From: Amoebidium appalachense
Taxonomy: Eukaryota; Protista; Ichthyosporea
DNA length: 64,000 nucleotides
Direction of reading: 5' to 3'
Assembly: GCA_963693365.1 (NCBI GenBank)
Contig: CAVNZM010000009.1
Coordinates: 6,974,171 to 7,038,170 of the forward strand
In this document: one piece after another, positions 58,888-64,000 of the stretch
Numbering within the stretch: the stretch's first letter is position 1
How the letters are laid out: each line of letters starts with the position of its first letter
The notes under the pieces: model-generated
Databases searched by the model: none
The model's input: only the letters and a program-made list of their open reading frames with translations
Told to the model about the DNA's origin: nothing
Made by a program: the position numbers and the translations under genes

Positions 58888-60247
58888 GTAAAGGAAGGAA
58901 GAGGGAGGAGGGGGGTGAGAGGGCGGAGGGGTGTGAATCTGAGCCAACACGTTTGGCTTGTGGCTTCAGGTCAACGCTGCCTGAAAGTGAGCACCGGTCT
59001 GAGCTGCTTGGGCTCAACCTGCTGCGGCTGCTGGCCCAAAACCACATCCCTGACTTCCACACAGAGGTAGGCGGTGCAAGAAGTACATACACATGCACGT
59101 GCACACACACACATATGCACACACATGCAAACACACTCGAACACACACAGGTGAACACACACACGGACGCACACGCGGATGCACATACACACGTGCGTGT
59201 GCACGCACTGGCCCACATGCACGTGTGTGTGCGCACATACACTCGCACACATTCACACAAACATGCACACGCACAAACATGTGCGTGCACACACACACAC
59301 ACACACACACATACACCAACATGTGTGCATGCACACACACACTCTCTCTCTCCCTCTCTCTCTCTCTCTCCTTCTTCAGTTCTCTCTCCCCCCCTCTCCC
59401 TCTCCTCCTTCTCTCATGCTTTGTGCCAACAACTCACGTACACAAATAGAGTCTGCCTGTATGGTGGTTACTCGCGTGTGTTCGCGCGTGCACGATTAAC
59501 CATGTGCGCGCGTGCCCGTGCGTGCGTGCGTGCGTGCGTGCGTGTGTGCGTGCGTGCGTGTTCCCACAACTCCAAATTAATTGATAGTCTGTACTTCATA
59601 GACTAAAATACATTCGAACCCCTCTGTTGCTCACCCTCTCCCCTCACTCCCCCCCCCCCTCCCCCCTCCAAATGTATACTCCTTGCTCTGTACAACACCC
59701 CTCCCCCCTCCCCCCTCCCCCCCTCTTCGTATATACGCGTGAAACTCAGACGCAAATGATGACTTGGGCCCTCCCTGAGGATGGGCTCTGCTTATGACGC
59801 ATACTGTGCACATGGCTATGTTGCATACTTGAATGTTTGCCTTTGCATGTGTCCTTCGTGTATGCGTACTTCGTACCGTGTTCCGCATTCAAACCCCCCC
59901 TCTTCCCCAGCCGGTCGTACCCATTATACTCTCCATTCCCACCCACCCACTTCCGTGCAGATTGGCTCTGTGCATGTTGCATACTCTGTTGGGATGTTCA
60001 TGTGGGATTGAAAGTGTATCATGCATGTTTCTCGCGGTTTGTGACTAATAATATTAGGCTGTTGTGCTGGCTCCGTAACAGGCTCATAACCATTCCTCCA
60101 CTGACACACACATACACATATTTTACGCTACCTCCCCCCCCCCCCCCCCTCCCCCTCCCCCCCCTTTCCCCCTTCCCCCTCCCACGCATAAACACACCTA
60201 CGCTTTGCACATTTTATCTCCCCCCCCCCCCCCCTCCCCCCCTTCTC

Positions 60248-60278
<31 letters not shown>

Positions 60279-61930
60279 GCACACACACACACACACACGC
60301 ACACACACACACATGCACACACTCCCTCTCCCCTCCCCCCCCTCACAGCACCCTACCCCACGCACCCACCCGCCCAAGCCACAGACACTGCCCCCTCCCC
60401 CCTCCCCCCTCCCTCTCCCATTCCCCCCCTCCCCCTCATCCCTCCTCCTCTCCCGTCCCCCTCCCTCCTTCCCCCTTCCCTCTCCCTCCCCCCCCCCCCC
60501 TCTCCCCCCTCCCTCCCCTCTTCCCCCTGCCCGACTCCCCTCCTCCTCCCCCCCTCCTCCTACACAAACACACACACACCACCCACACACACACACACGT
60601 ACACGTACAAACACCTTCCCCCCCCCCCCCCACACACACACACACCCCAAGTACACCTACGTACCCCTCCCCCCCCCCCCCCCCCCCCCCCCCCCACCCA
60701 CCCACACACACAAACACACACACACACATTTCTAGCTTGAGCTTCTGCCCACGTCCAGCCTCAGCCACCCGCACATAGCGTACCCGATGAAGCTTGAGCA
60801 GTATCTTATTGAGGGCAGCTACAATAAGATCCTTCATGCTAGGGCCGGCTGCCCGGCTGAGAGCTATCTCTTCTTCATCAATATCCTCTCCGATACCGTA
60901 AGGTATGCATTGACACCCCCCTGAGGATGGGTTCTGCTCATTATGCATACTCTTTATGTATGGCTTGCATTCTGCATCGTGTTATCCTTTTGTTCTTGTG
61001 TACTTCGTACTTCATAACGCATTCAAACCCCCCCCCCCCCCTCCCCCCCGCCTGGCAGCACACCCACCTATGTTCAAGTGAAACAGTATCTGAGTTGGGT
61101 TTCGTTGACGAGGGTGAATGGGTCGAAACTCGGGTACTGTGGATGACGTGGGCCCCCCCTGAGGATGGGCTGTGCTTATTATTTAACTTTTTTATGTGTG
61201 GTTTGTACTCTGCGTCGTGTTATCCGTTTGTTCTTGTGTACTTCGTACTGAATGACGCATTCAAACCCCCCGGCTCTCCCCCCTCTCTCTTCCTCCCCGG
61301 GGGGTCCTCGGGTGGCCCTCAACTACTTCTCTTGTGAACGTTCATTCCCGGACTTCGACGGAAAACCCTGCTAGATGTGGTTAATGAGGAGTGTTCGGGA
61401 TGTTTAATTTTTTACAATGGCGATTTTCAATCACAAGTGGTAGGGGAGGGTTATTGGGGAGCGCAGTTCACTGATGAAAAGGGTTTCAGTCACTCTTGGA
61501 TGGGTTTTTGGTCGCCGATGAAATGGGTTTTTAGTCACTGCCCCTACGGGAAAGGGGGGGGGGAAGGGGGAGACTGGAGTTATGAACTGATTGAAGGGGG
61601 GGGGGGGGGGGGGGGGGGGGGGGGTCATTTTTGTGCTGTTGGGGGTGGTGTGGTAGGGGGGAGGGGAGGGGGGGGGGGGGGCTAGAAGGGGTAATTAGCC
61701 ACTGATGGAGGGGAGGGGGGTTAGTCATTGAAGGAGGGGGGTTTTTGTCGCTGATGGGAAGGGGGGGGGGGGGGTTTACCAGAGAGGAGATTGGTGTGTG
61801 CTGTGAGAAGGCCTACGACAACATCCCCGTGAGTGAGCTGCGCAAGATTCTATTTTTGGAAAAGGACGAGGATGCAATGAAGATTGCTCAGAAGGTGTGT
61901 GGGTGGCTGCGTGGCTGCGTGTGGATTTTT

Positions 61931-61961
<31 letters not shown>

Positions 61962-61978
61962 GGGGGGGAGGGGGGAAA

Positions 61979-62009
<31 letters not shown>

Positions 62010-62282
62010 TGGGTGTGTGTGTGTTGGGGGGGGGGGGGGGGAGATTGAGTGGGGGTGGGTGGGTGGGGGGGTTTGGGGGGGAGGGGGAGAGGGGGTGTTT
62101 GTGAGAGAGGGGGGGGGGGGGGGGGGGGGGGGAGAGGGGGCAGGCGTGTCCTTTTTTTGTTTTGTTTTGCTTGTATTTGAACCTCCTCGGTGTAGCCGAG
62201 CATACTCCTGCTTTCTCTTTCTGACCCCCTCTGTCCGACCATGTTAGAAGTTGTTGTACTGACAACCTGCTTCCCCCTCCCT

Positions 62283-62350
<68 letters not shown>

Positions 62351-62697
62351 ACCCCCTCCCCGCCCCCCGCCCACACACACACACACACACATCCCCTCCT
62401 TTCTGCCTTTACGTCTTTTCTGCAGCCCGCGCACACGGACACATACAAATACACACACGCCAGCACACGAACACGAACACACACACACACACACACACAC
62501 ATACTCACACACACTCACACACACACGTACACGTACACACACACGTACATACACACTTACGCACACAGAGGGGCTGGAAGATGTCCGGGGGCGCCTTCCA
62601 GTTCACGGCACCCCCTAAGGCCACCAACGAGATTCCTGCGGCCAAACTGATTGCACAGACCATGAGCTATGCACGTGAACTCGAAAAGATCGTGTAA
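55215..62697 (+). CDS. PSMD8: 26S proteasome lid subunit Rpn12; exons 55215-55328, 56519-56588, 58315-58420, 58970-59066, 60736-60902, 61783-61894, 62569-62697
   Basis: ...LKQLK|[10 protein letters not shown]...LLAR|[11 protein letters not shown]...[14 protein letters not shown]...LPES...[21 protein letters not shown]|LELLP...[12 protein letters not shown]...ILSDTVR|[11 protein letters not shown]...|RGW...[11 protein letters not shown]. All junctions in phase. Confidence 0.96.
59727..59893 (+). mobile_element. 5'-truncated structured-repeat copy (subfamily 2) in an RPN12 intron
   Basis: cgtatatacgcg..gaaactcagacgcaaatgatgacttgggccctccctgaggatggg...ttccgcattcaaa + C-run. Confidence 0.87.
60914..61265 (+). 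mobile_element. Two tandem 5'-truncated structured-repeat copies (subfamily 1) starting ~12 nt after an RPN12 splice donor
   Basis: 60914-61027 and 61062-61265 both end acgcattcaaa + C-run and match the 3' part of 6282-7074. Confidence 0.87.
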
Positions 62698-62883
62698 ACC
62701 CCCCCCCCCCCCCCCGAAAAGTAGGGGGAAAAGAGAGAAAAAGGAATAATGGTAATAAAAGTTTTTTGTATCAAAAGATCGAAACGTTAGTGAAGAAAGG
62801 GGCCCCGTCCTTTCCCCTCCCCTTCCCCTGCTTCCCTTTCCCCCACTTCACGCTCATGTGCACACACACACACACACGCACAC

Positions 62884-62967
<84 letters not shown>

Positions 62968-63113
62968 AGCAAAGCTGTTAGAGCACACAGAACCACACCA
63001 ACACCACTAATATCAGTTGACGATACCGGTGTGACGCCGTCCGTGACTAATTAGCACATGAACCCCGCTTCACGCTTTAAGATTTTGTCACGTTGGAACA
63101 GTTGCTTTATGGG

Positions 63114-63155
<42 letters not shown>

Positions 63156-63280
63156 CGTGTGTATGTGTGTATGTGTGTGTGTGTACGCACCTGTGGACAG
63201 TTGTCACTACCACTGGCGGCACGGTGTGTGCGCACCACACACATGCACACGTGTGTGTGTATGTACATGTGTGTGTGTGT

Positions 63281-63312
<32 letters not shown>

Positions 63313-63780
63313 GGACGGCGGATCTCGAGGGTCTCAGGGCGTGAGCCTGGCCGGGAACCGAGCAAAGGAGGGAAAGAAATCGATGAAATATAGAGAGGGA
63401 CTCACACAGAGAATGTAAGAGAGAAAGGATAAATAGCTATAGAGAGAGAGAGAGAGGGAGAGGGAGGCCGCGGGGAGGGAGGGGAGGGCGGGTGGGAAGA
63501 GGGAGAGACAGAGAGAGAGAGAGAGTGTGTGTGTGTGTGTGTGTGTGTGTGAGAAAGAGTGAGTGAAAAAGAAAGAGAGAGCTGCTAGCCTCGATGCGAA
63601 ATATCATAGGCTTTCAGAGCGAGGGCCTGTGTGTGAGAGAGAGAGAGAGGGGGGAGAGAGAGAGAGCAGAGAGAGAGAGAGAGGGAGGGAGTGAGAGGAG
63701 GAGAGGGAGTCAAGGAGGGAGGGGAAGATGGATGGAGGGTGAGATCCGGGGGAAAGAGTGTGTGTTTTGTGTGTGTGTGT

Positions 63781-63813
<33 letters not shown>

Positions 63814-64000
63814 CTGTAAATTAGCCTGTAATGAGGTACCTAGGCACGTGCATAATGTATCGGCACGTACGCATATGATATCGGTGTATGATCAACAGAC
63901 AGAAGAAAACAAGCCTCTAGATGTGTGGAGGAATTTTTGAAATATTTGAAATCAAGTGCAGGGAGCCAATAGTTGTGACCCCATGAAACGGCCTTCGTGA

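Noticed and set aside
61460-61760. CTGATGA motif near the RPN12 exon 6 acceptor as a ribozyme or snoRNA
   Set aside because: It is part of a degenerate ~22-bp minisatellite (gggttttagtcactgatg) with no partner motifs.

Overview
Eukaryotic nuclear DNA. The proteins look opisthokont-like, possibly a unicellular holozoan, but that is inference only. Short GT-AG exons sit in introns saturated with poly-C/poly-G, (CA)n and (CT)n tracts, so almost all ORFs in the supplied track are low-complexity artefacts. Genes reconstructed by hand: the 3' half of WDR43/UTP5 (+), a double-AP2-like-domain gene with a mitochondrial-presequence-like N-terminus (-), a 4-exon orphan gene (+), an intronless single-C2H2 transcription factor (-), a PAP2/FIT-like membrane protein (+), two tandem SKP1 paralogues (-) and RPN12/PSMD8 (+). 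Two head-to-head promoter intervals (12.5-18.1 kb and 51.6-54.6 kb) hold nests of 5'-truncated non-LTR retrotransposons; the two main families end in TAAACCC(C)A rather than poly(A), and one copy has a 42-bp fold-back at its 5' truncation point. The most striking unexplained signal is a non-coding repeat family of about 17 copies (up to ~790 nt), with a shared 3' end ...CGCATTCAAA followed by poly-C. I saw it only inside introns and always in the sense orientation of the host gene. Its core forms a pseudoknot supported by compensatory base changes between subfamilies. Several introns also carry decayed echoes of the adjacent exon end, including the splice site. All coordinates were read by eye and may be off by a few bases; no database search was run.
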